A stretch of 64,000 bases of DNA. Origin: Enterococcus phage VRE9_2. The stretch lies in sequence record PP680568.1; one strand, 5' to 3'. Made by a program: the position numbers and the translations under genes. The notes beneath the pieces are model-generated. The model ran no database searches and was not told the origin of the DNA. It saw only the letters and a program-made list of their open reading frames with translations. Below, one piece after another: positions 1 through 8,942 of this stretch (positions within the stretch are counted from its first letter, which is position 1; the number at the start of each line of letters is the position of its first letter).

Positions 1-975
1 ATGGGTGGAACTTGGAGAACTCCTGTTAAAATGGGATTACTAGATCCAGGATTTGTCAATGATTTAAAATCTGATGGTACTTTTGACGAAGTATCATTTA
101 ACCGAGAGTATGAATCTGTTTGGGCTGGTTCTGCAACAGAATCATTTTATAATGGAGATGTTTTTGATAGATGTAGAATTTTAAAACAGGCTGAGTTTAC
201 AAGAAGTGGTCGAGGAAATGATGAAGCTTATTATGTACTTGGAGTCGATGTAGGTCGTAATGGTTGGCAAACTGTTATTACAGTAGTTAAGGTAAATCCT
301 CAGCGTAATGGTGTAGGAATTAAATCTGTAGTTAATATGATTGTTATTGAATCGGAGCATTTTGGGATTCAAGCTAATGAAATCAAACGTCAATATTTAA
401 ATTATATGCCTCGTTATGTTGTAGTCGATGGTAATGGTTTAGGGATTGGATTAGTCGATTATCTAGTCATGCCTTCTTCGGATAGCAAAACAGGAGAAAG
501 TTTTTCTGCTTTTGAGGTTGTTAACGACGATAAAGGTCTTTATAAAAAAATTGATAATCATGGCGATAGCTATGGTAAAGTTTTATGGATTGTCAAAGCC
601 GATTCAGAATTAAACTTTGAGGGTTATACTGCACTACTTCAACAAATGGGTTCTGGTAAAATTCGATATTTACAAAACGAGCGTGATGCAAAAGGTGATT
701 TAGAAAGTAAAAAAGCGTATAAAACAATGTCAGCAGGACAAAAAGCTGATGCTATTAGACCTTTTGTATTAACGTCTACGCTAAAGAATGAAATGATGAA
801 TTTAACTAGACCTGAAAATAATAGTACTAAATTTAGCTTAGATAGAATTAATAAAGGAATGGGTAAAGATAAGGTTTCATCCTTAATGTATGCAATTTAT
901 GTAATTAAGTTACAAGAGGACAAAGAACGGAATAAGAAGAAAAGTAGTCTTGCTAACTTTGCATTCTTTAACTAA
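1..975 (+). CDS. Terminase large subunit, C-terminal (nuclease) part; 5' end lies outside the window
   Basis: ORF is open from base 1. It sits immediately upstream of the portal gene. The conserved acidic/G-rich stretch VVVDGNGLGIGLVDYL is typical of the terminase RNaseH-like nuclease domain. Confidence 0.65.
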   Translation: MGGTWRTPVKMGLLDPGFVNDLKSDGTFDEVSFNREYESVWAGSATESFYNGDVFDRCRILKQAEFTRSGRGNDEAYYVLGVDVGRNGWQTVITVVKVNPQRNGVGIKSVVNMIVIESEHFGIQANEIKRQYLNYMPRYVVVDGNGLGIGLVDYLVMPSSDSKTGESFSAFEVVNDDKGLYKKIDNHGDSYGKVLWIVKADSELNFEGYTALLQQMGSGKIRYLQNERDAKGDLESKKAYKTMSAGQKADAIRPFVLTSTLKNEMMNLTRPENNSTKFSLDRINKGMGKDKVSSLMYAIYVIKLQEDKERNKKKSSLANFAFFN

Positions 976-992
976 CGAAAAGAGGTGGAACA

Positions 993-1361
993 ATGAGTAC
1001 ATTTTCTGGAGTAAGTAGAGGGCATTTAAGAATTCGTCATATTTTAGAAGAAAATGGTTTTAATTGGGAAGAAGAATACAGTTTCCCTGATTTAGTCGCT
1101 TCTAGCGGCCGCCAATTAGCCTTTGACTTTATGGTAATGGATGACGATGGAAATATAGATTTTGCTATAGAGGTCAATGGTGAACAACATTATGAACCAG
1201 TTGCCGCTTTTGGCGGGAAGAATAAATTTAAACGTCAACAATACAACGATCATCAAAAACGTTTATATTGTCATAATCATGGCATCCCATTAGTAGAAAT
1301 CCCATATTGGGAACTTGAAATTGTTGATATTGGATATCTCTTAGAAAAAGCAGGTATATAA
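993..1361 (+). CDS. Small PD-(D/E)XK endonuclease-like protein (DUF559/Vsr-like fold); candidate free-standing homing-type endonuclease
   Basis: Motifs LAFDFMVMDD ... DFAIEVNGEQHYE ... HGIPLVEIPYWEL match the D...(E/D)xDG.QH...RV.R. pattern of DUF559/Vsr-like nucleases. Location between terminase and portal. AAGAGGTGG RBS. Confidence 0.5.
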   Translation: MSTFSGVSRGHLRIRHILEENGFNWEEEYSFPDLVASSGRQLAFDFMVMDDDGNIDFAIEVNGEQHYEPVAAFGGKNKFKRQQYNDHQKRLYCHNHGIPLVEIPYWELEIVDIGYLLEKAGI

Positions 1362-1367
1362 AAACTA

Positions 1368-1397
1368 GAGGCCGATATTGCATAATATCGGTCTTTA
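1368..1397 (+). terminator. Rho-independent terminator after the endonuclease-like gene
   Basis: 10-bp stem GGCCGATATT/AATATCGGTC (one G-U), loop GCAT, followed by TTT. Confidence 0.45.
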
Positions 1398-1466
1398 ATA
1401 TATAGTTTTATAAGGAAAGATTTCATTTTCCAAGAGATAAAATAGAGAAAAGGAGGAATATAATTC

Positions 1467-3044
1467 ATGTTGGACAAATCAAAAAGACAGAGAAGAAAGC
1501 CAACTCCAGTCAAAAAAGAAGAAAGAAAACTTTACGAAAATAAAAAACCTTCAGTAGATTTTTCTTATTATGCTGACAGAAGCTTCACTAATTTTGGCTT
1601 CGGGTCTTATACTTCAGAATTAGGAGAATCATTTGTAACAACTGACGACATTCGTAAAGCTTTGGATAAAGCTTTTAGACGAAAAGATGTTAAAGGCATT
1701 AAAACTTTGTCAAGACATTTTTATAGAGTTTCTGGTGTATATTCTCGTGCGGCTGAATATTTAGCTTACCTTCCAACTTATGATTATATGATTACTCCTC
1801 GTGTAGTAGGCACAAAAATTAATGAAGATACTATTGTACGAGAAGTTGTTAATCAACTATTGTTCTTAGAAAAAGCAAAATTAAAGCAATCTCTTCAATC
1901 AATTTCCTTAGATGTTATTGTAGATGGGGTAGCTTATGTATATTTTAGACGTAGAGGAAAACAAGCAGTTTTTCAAAAATTGCCAACATCATATTGTAGA
2001 ACTAGAAGTGTTCTAAATGGATTCCCTACAGTAGAATTTAATTTAGAGTATTTTGAACAATTTGGAACAGAAGAAGAAAAAGCTATTAAATTAAATAACT
2101 TCCCGCCAGAGATTGTACGTGAATATAATATTTGGAAAAATGATAATCATCGAGGAAGAAACAGTTCTAAGAGACGTCAAAATCAAAGTTTAACCAATTC
2201 TGGTACATGGATCTTATTAAATCCAGATACTTGTACAGCTTTTTATTTTAGTCCTTCATTACAACCTGTATTAGCTAATAGTTTTTTTGCTATTTTAGAT
2301 GTAATGGAACTAAAAGGAATTGAAAAGAAAAAAGCTGAAAATGAACTATATAACTTAGTAGTTCAAAAATTTGATTTCTTGGATGATGGAGAACCTATCT
2401 TAGAATTACCTGAAATGCAAGCCTTCCACGAAAGTGCTAAAAAAATCTTTGAAAACAGCAATCAAACAGACCTACTTACTACTCTTGGAGAAATCAAAAA
2501 TGTTAACTTAAATGAGGCTGCTGCTGATCCAATTAATTTTGAGCCTTGGACTAAATCTATCTATGCAGAACTTGGTGTTTCACCACAATTATTCTCTACA
2601 GAAGGTAATATGGCTTTAGAAAAATCTGTGAATATTGATGAAGCTATGATGTTTACTCTTGTTGAAAAATACCAAAATTGGTTAAATTTCTTGTTAGATA
2701 ATGAGTTCTTGGAAGATGATGATGATATGTTTGATACATCTCTTTGGTTTCCACCTATTACAATTAATAATCGTAATGAATTATCTACAAAATATAAAGA
2801 TATGGCAACTTTAGGATATTCAAAATTATTACCAGCTCTTTCGCTAGGTCAATCACAGCTAGATATTATGGCTTCACCTATCTTTGAAAATTCTATTCTA
2901 AACTTAGGAAGTATTATGAAGCCATTACAATCATCACACACAGCATCAGGAAAATCTAATTCTTCAGGTTCAAGTAGCGGTGGCAGACCACCATTACCAG
3001 ATTCACAAAAATCTGAGAAAACAATTCAAAATGCTGGAGGATAA
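1467..3044 (+). CDS. Portal protein
   Basis: 525 aa. Position directly after terminase. Strong RBS AAAAGGAGG. Size and acidic C-terminal region (EDDDDMFD) typical of siphovirus portals. Confidence 0.75.
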   Translation: MLDKSKRQRRKPTPVKKEERKLYENKKPSVDFSYYADRSFTNFGFGSYTSELGESFVTTDDIRKALDKAFRRKDVKGIKTLSRHFYRVSGVYSRAAEYLAYLPTYDYMITPRVVGTKINEDTIVREVVNQLLFLEKAKLKQSLQSISLDVIVDGVAYVYFRRRGKQAVFQKLPTSYCRTRSVLNGFPTVEFNLEYFEQFGTEEEKAIKLNNFPPEIVREYNIWKNDNHRGRNSSKRRQNQSLTNSGTWILLNPDTCTAFYFSPSLQPVLANSFFAILDVMELKGIEKKKAENELYNLVVQKFDFLDDGEPILELPEMQAFHESAKKIFENSNQTDLLTTLGEIKNVNLNEAAADPINFEPWTKSIYAELGVSPQLFSTEGNMALEKSVNIDEAMMFTLVEKYQNWLNFLLDNEFLEDDDDMFDTSLWFPPITINNRNELSTKYKDMATLGYSKLLPALSLGQSQLDIMASPIFENSILNLGSIMKPLQSSHTASGKSNSSGSSSGGRPPLPDSQKSEKTIQNAGG

Positions 3045-3058
3045 GGAGGAAACAAAAA

Positions 3059-5338
3059 TTGAAAGATGAAAGACTATTATTTTTTACAGATATCCAATTC
3101 TTAGAACCTGTCGCAATTGAAGAAAACCCAATGCTTTCTAAGGTTAAAATTAAAATTGCACAGTCAGGAATTAATAGAAATGGATATGATATTCCTAAAG
3201 CAGTATTAGAAGATGCTGCAAAAACAAGTTTGGGTCTAACACCAATCGTTGCTTATTATAATCAATATAAAGGAGATTTTGGTGAACATGGAACCCAAGC
3301 AGTATATAATCAATTAGGGGAATATGTAACTACAGCCGATACACAAGCAGTAGGTGTAATTCCAGAAAATCCTATTATTTATTGGGACGAAGATAATTAT
3401 TTAGTAACTTATGGCTATTTATGGACAAGTCGATATGCAGAATTAATTGACGCCTTAGATGGACGTCCTCAGTCAATGGAATTAAGCTTTGAAAACACAA
3501 TTATGCACCAAAAGGGCAGAATTATGGAAATTACTAAGACTGCTTTTGTTGGTTTATGTATACTTGGAAATGATGTTACGCCTGCTTTCGCTGATGCCTC
3601 TATTGAGGGAGTTAATTTCTCTTATCAACCATTAACAGAACAGGAAGATAAGGTAGAAGAAGGAGTAGATGAACTTATGGACGCATTAAAATTTGCCCTG
3701 GATAATAATTTTGATGATTCTGCTCTTGGTACTCCTCTTGTAGTTGATACAGATGGGGAAGAGAGAGACAAGGTTAATCGTGAAAAGATTACTGAAGCTG
3801 TTGATTTATTAGATGAAGCGGCTGACTTAGTTGAGGATGAAGAGGCTAGAAATAGAATTGATGATGCTATTTCAGGTTTAGTTGACGCAGAAATTGATAT
3901 GAAACGTGAAGCTGATATAATTCCTGTAACAGAGGCAGCTCATCGTGGACTACAAGGTCAACCAGGCTACAAAGATGGTATTGTTAGTGTAGAAAACCTC
4001 AATTATAAAAAAGCAAGTAATTCTTTATTGAAAAAAAATGAAGATGAAAAAGAGGAGGAAAAGGAATTGGATATCAAAAAGAAAAAAGAAGAAGAAATTA
4101 AAAAAGATCCAGTTACTCAAGAACCTGTAGAAAAGGAAACAAAAGTAGAAACTGAAGTTAATCCTGAAGACAAGTCTACTGAAACCAAACAGGTAGAAGA
4201 AACGAAAGAACCTGTGAGTCAAGAAGAAGACCAACCCAGCGAAGAAGTTCAACCTGGAGGACAGTCTGGAGCAGAGCAGAGAGCTGCTGAACCAGAGAAG
4301 ACAACAGCTGAACCAGAAGCAACGGGAGTTCAAACAGATACAGTTGAGGAAGAAACAGGACAGCCTGGAGAGGAAGTACAAGAAGACCCTCAAGGAGCAA
4401 CCGCTGCTACAATTGCAGAAGAACGTGAAACCGCTAAAGATAAACGTACGAGCGCTTTACTATCTGATGTTGGCGATGATGAATTATTTGATTATCTTAT
4501 TGAACGTGTAGCTGCCGCAGACGAAATGCGTACTAAACTACAAGAAATGTTGGGAACAGCTGTGCCAGAAGGACTGCCAGAAGGTGGAGATGTAACAGTC
4601 GAAGGAGAAACAACTGAAGAAGACTTAGGTACTGAAACAGTAAGTACTCCTGCAGATGCTACAGAACCAGAAATTGATGTTAAATCTGATAAACCTGATT
4701 CAGAACTAGCTGCTGAAGGCGAAGATATGACAGATGAAGAAACTCTTCAAGAAGATGGTAAAGAAGTTGTTAAAGCTGATAAAACTATTGAAGTTACCGA
4801 TGGTGGAGCAACTGATGAAGGTGGAGAAACTTCTCCAGCACCAGAACAGGCAGAAGAAAAATCTGAGAAATCTACACCAGAAGATAAATCTGTAGTTGAA
4901 GAGACAGAAGAAGAACGTAAGAAAAAGAAAAAATTAGATTATAGTTTAGATTTTAAAGCTATTATTGCAGAAAATCAACAATTAACAGTTGAAAATGAAA
5001 ATCTTCGTCAACAAAATGAAGCATTACTACAATTTAAGCTAGAAGCTGAACGAGAAGCAAAAGAAAACTTATTGTTAGAATTCAGCCTTTCTGATGAAGG
5101 AAAAGATAAGATTCGTGCTAAATTTGATGAGTTAACTTTAGAAGAGGTTGAGGCTCAAGCAGCATTAGCTCAACATCGAGAATTTAAAGAAGCTCATGGT
5201 GGTCAAAAAGAGTCTGATGAAGGTATTCAATTTTCACTTGAATCAGAAGAAACTGAACTAGATGCGTTAGATGAAGAAGATAGTTTAGCGCTTTTCTTAG
5301 AAAAAATTTCTAAGAAAAATAAACGTTCACGTTTTTAA
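3059..5338 (+). CDS. Putative prohead protease / scaffold fusion protein with long disordered acidic linker
   Basis: TTG start 9 nt after AAGGAGG. N-terminal ~200 aa globular domain, then ~300 aa of E/K/P/T/Q-rich low complexity (about aa 320-630), then coiled-coil C-terminus (ENENLRQQNEALLQFKLEAEREAKEN). Position between portal and capsid genes. Confidence 0.45.
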   Translation: MKDERLLFFTDIQFLEPVAIEENPMLSKVKIKIAQSGINRNGYDIPKAVLEDAAKTSLGLTPIVAYYNQYKGDFGEHGTQAVYNQLGEYVTTADTQAVGVIPENPIIYWDEDNYLVTYGYLWTSRYAELIDALDGRPQSMELSFENTIMHQKGRIMEITKTAFVGLCILGNDVTPAFADASIEGVNFSYQPLTEQEDKVEEGVDELMDALKFALDNNFDDSALGTPLVVDTDGEERDKVNREKITEAVDLLDEAADLVEDEEARNRIDDAISGLVDAEIDMKREADIIPVTEAAHRGLQGQPGYKDGIVSVENLNYKKASNSLLKKNEDEKEEEKELDIKKKKEEEIKKDPVTQEPVEKETKVETEVNPEDKSTETKQVEETKEPVSQEEDQPSEEVQPGGQSGAEQRAAEPEKTTAEPEATGVQTDTVEEETGQPGEEVQEDPQGATAATIAEERETAKDKRTSALLSDVGDDELFDYLIERVAAADEMRTKLQEMLGTAVPEGLPEGGDVTVEGETTEEDLGTETVSTPADATEPEIDVKSDKPDSELAAEGEDMTDEETLQEDGKEVVKADKTIEVTDGGATDEGGETSPAPEQAEEKSEKSTPEDKSVVEETEEERKKKKKLDYSLDFKAIIAENQQLTVENENLRQQNEALLQFKLEAEREAKENLLLEFSLSDEGKDKIRAKFDELTLEEVEAQAALAQHREFKEAHGGQKESDEGIQFSLESEETELDALDEEDSLALFLEKISKKNKRSRF

Positions 5339-5365
5339 TTTAAAATAGGAAATTATTTCTATCAA

Positions 5366-5425
5366 AATATTGCAATCAAGGTTTACTTATTTTCATTTGA
5401 AAATGAGTAAACCAAGCAATATTTC
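5366..5425 (+). promoter_or_regulatory. Nested near-perfect palindrome (~60 bp) in the leader of gene 5448..6071
   Basis: Inner arms GGTTTACTTATTTTCA / TGAAAATGAGTAAACC (15 of 16 bp complementary, 2-nt centre). Outer arms AAATATTGC / GCAATATTT. Confidence 0.5.
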
Positions 5426-5447
5426 AAAAATAAGGAGGAAATAGAAA

Positions 5448-6071
5448 ATGGCACAACAATTATTAAAAAAAGTCGGCTACGGACAAGTTGAGAAAAACCG
5501 TATTCAAGGTATCCGAGCTGGTCGAGTTTTAGCAGACCTACCTGTTAACCCAGATGTTGTTAAATCTAGCGGAGACCGTATTGAAAATGGTATGTTCTTA
5601 GATGCAGTTTATGGTAAAGGTTTTGAAGGAAACCTAAAAACTGGTCAATTAGAATTGCCAACAGCGGAAAGTAAAAATGTTGGTTTGGTATATAGTGAGG
5701 TTAAATTATATAGTGAATATACTTCAAATAAAGATTTTGCTTTATTTACAGTAAACCCTTCTATTAACCAAATGCGTCAAGCACCAATTTATGATAAAAA
5801 AGAAGCTCCAAAAGCTACAGTTATCCCTCGTTTGATTTTCCCAACGCCTGGTGATATCTTTACTACTAATTTAATCGAAACTGCTGATGGTGAACTTCCA
5901 GAAGTAGGAGCAACATTAAAATTAAATGATAAAGGTATTTTATCTACAGCAGGAACTTTAAACGTTGTTATTGCACAAGTAGTTCAAAAAACAACAATGC
6001 CTGATGGACAAGTTGCAGCAAAACTTGCTATCGTTGAGGTAAATCCAGCAGCTACAGGCGCAGGCGCGTAA
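5448..6071 (+). CDS. Head-associated protein of unknown function (possible decoration or scaffold protein)
   Basis: 207 aa. Strong RBS AAGGAGG. Sits between the protease/scaffold gene and the major capsid gene. C-terminal A/G-rich tail. Confidence 0.3.
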   Translation: MAQQLLKKVGYGQVEKNRIQGIRAGRVLADLPVNPDVVKSSGDRIENGMFLDAVYGKGFEGNLKTGQLELPTAESKNVGLVYSEVKLYSEYTSNKDFALFTVNPSINQMRQAPIYDKKEAPKATVIPRLIFPTPGDIFTTNLIETADGELPEVGATLKLNDKGILSTAGTLNVVIAQVVQKTTMPDGQVAAKLAIVEVNPAATGAGA

Positions 6072-6093
6072 TTAGATAGGAGGAAATGGAAAA

Positions 6094-7191
6094 ATGAATT
6101 TAAAACCTGAACAAATTAGAACTTTAATGTTCCAAGCAGCAGACATTCAAGCTGGAGAATCCATTGAATTCTCAGATAAATCATATGATTCTCATACGTT
6201 GAATGAAGCTCTTCGTGAAGAAATGAATAGTTTAATGAAAAATGGTGGACATCGTTTCACAGCTAACCGTGAGCTAGTTTATGCTTTACTATCAGAAGTC
6301 GTTGATGATTTACTACCTAAACGAGTATTTGATTCAATGAATCGTTTTGCAGAAATTAAAAATGTTGCAGATGGAGATAAAGTAACATTTAAACGTCGTA
6401 AAGGTAATGTCCGTGGACGTAACTTTGTAACACAAGTTGCTCATGCTGGTCTATACGAAGTATTCCGTCTAGACAGAGAAGTATTCGACATGCCAACAAC
6501 AGCTTATGGTGCTGCTGTAGGATTGGATTTAGAAGAATTCTTAGAAGGACGTATTGACTTTGCAGAATTAATCCAATGCATTACTGAAGGCTATGAAGAA
6601 ATTCTTTATAAAGAAATTCTACGCCATATGGTAGCATTGAACTCTAATACAATTTTACCTGCTAACAACATCTATAGTGTAGCTGGTTGGAGCCCACGTC
6701 GTTTTGCAGCATTACTTGGTATTTCAAGTGCTTATGCAACACCAACAATCTTTACTTCATATGTATTTGCTGCTGAAATGATTCCTGAAGGACATTTAGC
6801 AACAGAAAAAATGAAAGAAGAATATAACCGTAATGGTTTCATCGGAAACTATAAAGGTGCTAACATTGTTGTACTACCACATAGCTTCTACAACGAAACA
6901 AACGAAGCAGAAGCAGTAACATTACCATTAGGTATGGCTTGGATCCTTCCAGATGTAGACAACAAACCAGTTAAAATCGCTTTTGAAGGCGGAATGCAGA
7001 CTAAAGAAGTAGACTTAGATGACTGGTCTAAAGAAATGCACTTCTACAAAAAAATGGGTACTATGTTGATGGCTAATCCAGCTATCTGTATCTATGAAAA
7101 TACTGCTCTTAATGAATGGCCTGTAGTCAACGGACCAATTATTCAAGAAACAGAGGGCGCTGTTACACCAACATATACACGTTTAGTTTAA
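6094..7191 (+). CDS. Major capsid protein (HK97-fold candidate)
   Basis: 365 aa. Strong RBS. Canonical position after protease/scaffold. Followed by a strong terminator, which suggests a highly expressed gene. Confidence 0.6.
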   Translation: MNLKPEQIRTLMFQAADIQAGESIEFSDKSYDSHTLNEALREEMNSLMKNGGHRFTANRELVYALLSEVVDDLLPKRVFDSMNRFAEIKNVADGDKVTFKRRKGNVRGRNFVTQVAHAGLYEVFRLDREVFDMPTTAYGAAVGLDLEEFLEGRIDFAELIQCITEGYEEILYKEILRHMVALNSNTILPANNIYSVAGWSPRRFAALLGISSAYATPTIFTSYVFAAEMIPEGHLATEKMKEEYNRNGFIGNYKGANIVVLPHSFYNETNEAEAVTLPLGMAWILPDVDNKPVKIAFEGGMQTKEVDLDDWSKEMHFYKKMGTMLMANPAICIYENTALNEWPVVNGPIIQETEGAVTPTYTRLV

Positions 7192-7207
7192 TATAAACGT
7201 CCAAAGA

Positions 7208-7240
7208 GGTTCGAGTTTAAGACTCGGACCTTTTCTTTTG
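7208..7240 (+). terminator. Rho-independent terminator after the capsid gene
   Basis: Stem GGTTCGAG/CTCGGACC (one G-U), loop TTTAAGA, then TTTTCTTTT. Confidence 0.6.
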
Positions 7241-7320
7241 CTCTTTTGGGGCATATTTGTTTAAGTATAGTTTAGTTAGTTCTAAATAGATTAGAACAGA
7301 GAAAAAGGAGAGAAATAAAT

Positions 7321-7995
7321 ATGAATAATTCATACTTAACTATTGATTTTAGTTATCTTGTCGAGGGATTAAAGGGAGATACAATGATTCCTGTTTCAAA
7401 TATGGGACGAAAAAGAGTTGCTTATATTATTGAAGAAATTGGAGTAACGAGAGATTTTCGTCAATTTCAAGAAGGTCAGCGACCAGATACTAAAAATATT
7501 CCATTCGGAGAACTTTATGCTTTAAGTAATATGCCTGGAGGTATGCAATTAATTTGGGATAATCTAAAAATTGATAGCAATGATGCTCGTCAAGCTTTAG
7601 GATTACCATTAGCAGAAGATACTCCAGAAGTAGAATATGATCGAGAAACTGTAGCTAATATTGTACAAAAAGGTACAGAAGATGAAATCTTAGACATGCT
7701 AGAGTTCGGTCCTTATTATATTGCAGAATGGATTAAAGAAGAAGCTATTAATGTAGATAGTTCTAAACGTCGTCATTTTATTGGACAAGTTCTACAAATT
7801 AATATTGATGCTCTTGAAGAAAACGTCAAATGGGCTGCTGGAGACGAAGATGCTGGACGATTACAATACCAAACAATTAAAGGTATTAAAACTAATACTG
7901 CTGCAAGAAGTGCAGGACGTCGTTCGACTGGGAAACGAGCAGAAGGTAAAACAAAAACTGGAACAGCAAGCTCAGGTCGTAAGCGCAGAACATAA
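7321..7995 (+). CDS. Hypothetical head-completion/DNA-end protein with Arg/Lys-rich C-terminal tail
   Basis: 224 aa. RBS AAAGGAGAG. C-terminus AARSAGRRSTGKRAEGKTKTGTASSGRKRRT is strongly basic. Confidence 0.3.
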   Translation: MNNSYLTIDFSYLVEGLKGDTMIPVSNMGRKRVAYIIEEIGVTRDFRQFQEGQRPDTKNIPFGELYALSNMPGGMQLIWDNLKIDSNDARQALGLPLAEDTPEVEYDRETVANIVQKGTEDEILDMLEFGPYYIAEWIKEEAINVDSSKRRHFIGQVLQINIDALEENVKWAAGDEDAGRLQYQTIKGIKTNTAARSAGRRSTGKRAEGKTKTGTASSGRKRRT

Positions 7996-8011
7996 AAATA
8001 AGATAAAATAG

Positions 8012-8042
8012 AATGGCTGGCTTACGAGCCAGTCATTTTTTT
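8012..8042 (+). terminator. Rho-independent terminator
   Basis: 11-bp stem AATGGCTGGCT/AGCCAGTCATT with TACG loop, followed by T7. Confidence 0.65.
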
Positions 8043-8056
8043 AGGAGGAAAAGGAA

Positions 8057-8632
8057 ATGGAGAACCAACAAGTTGGAACAAGTTTTTTTGAAATTTATTG
8101 TCATTTTTTAGATAAAATTACTGACGATATGTATTTAGAATTAAGTCTTGAAGATACTTTGAAAATTATCGAATCTATTTTTATGGATTCTTTACCAGAA
8201 TATAGTTATCCAAGATTTAGAATTGGATTATATGATCCAGATATTATCACCTCTGATGCTTTGGATGAAGAAGGGAATCCAGTTGTAACAGGAGCTTTTG
8301 TTGATACTTTAACCAACGAAGAAAAAGATATTATTGCTGAAATTATGTTATTAAATTGGTTGAGACGTCAACTGAATACAACTCGTATTATTCAAATGCG
8401 ATATTCTACATCTGACTTCAAACAAACTTCGCAAGCAGCACATATGCAAAGATTAAATGCAGTTATTTTAGACCAACAAAAACGTATTAAACATAAATTG
8501 AATTTATACTCTAAACGTAAAGTTGATAAAGATGGTTATATTGTTCCTAATGCGGATAATCTTTCTGGAGTTGGTCCACGTGCTCGAGATATTATTATCA
8601 CACAGTTAGGAGTTGTAAAACGTCATGACTAA
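8057..8632 (+). CDS. Putative head-tail connector/adaptor protein
   Basis: 191 aa. RBS TTAGGAGGAAAAGG. First of a run of coupled genes between the head and tail modules. Confidence 0.35.
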   Translation: MENQQVGTSFFEIYCHFLDKITDDMYLELSLEDTLKIIESIFMDSLPEYSYPRFRIGLYDPDIITSDALDEEGNPVVTGAFVDTLTNEEKDIIAEIMLLNWLRRQLNTTRIIQMRYSTSDFKQTSQAAHMQRLNAVILDQQKRIKHKLNLYSKRKVDKDGYIVPNADNLSGVGPRARDIIITQLGVVKRHD

Positions 8633-8939
8633 TACAGAATTTAAAAATGGCTTTGGTATTAATGAAGTACCATGGGGAATATATATTAAACAAAAGAAAA
8701 ATCAAGTATTTAAATTACTGCCTCTTAAAGAAGAAAATGGCGAGTGGAAGAAACAATTACAAACTATCCTACTTGAAATGGGAGGAATAATTAATTTGTC
8801 TCCCCAAGAGGAGGTAGTTGCTATAACAATTATGGCTAAATTGGCTGGGCTTGAAAATGAAAATGATTTTATGCTATATCGAAAAACGGTATTTGAAATT
8901 ATCTCGCTCTTGGAGGACTGGAAAAAAGGAGGTAGCTAA
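8625..8939 (+). CDS. Hypothetical head-tail joining protein
   Basis: ATGA start/stop overlap with the upstream gene (translational coupling). Confidence 0.3.
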   Translation: MTNTEFKNGFGINEVPWGIYIKQKKNQVFKLLPLKEENGEWKKQLQTILLEMGGIINLSPQEEVVAITIMAKLAGLENENDFMLYRKTVFEIISLLEDWKKGGS

Positions 8940-8942
8940 TAA

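Noticed and set aside
1106-1113. GCGGCCGC (NotI) octamer as a possible GC-rich foreign signal
   Set aside because: Single occurrence inside a coding frame (SSGRQ). Insufficient on its own to claim horizontal origin.
4025-4400. Two minus-strand ORFs (122 and 74 aa) antisense to the acidic linker
   Set aside because: Poly-F/L translations of a GAA/AAG-rich low-complexity tract. No RBS. They overlap a coding gene entirely and are an artefact of composition.
7208-7240. tRNA-like GGTTCGAG T-loop motif
   Set aside because: No acceptor, D or anticodon arms can be built. The sequence is a simple hairpin plus T-tract terminator. No other intergenic gap has tRNA features.
7781-8011. 76-aa alternate-frame ORF overlapping the end of gene 7321..7995
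   Set aside because: No RBS. Lies wholly inside a better-supported gene and reads an A/K-rich frame.
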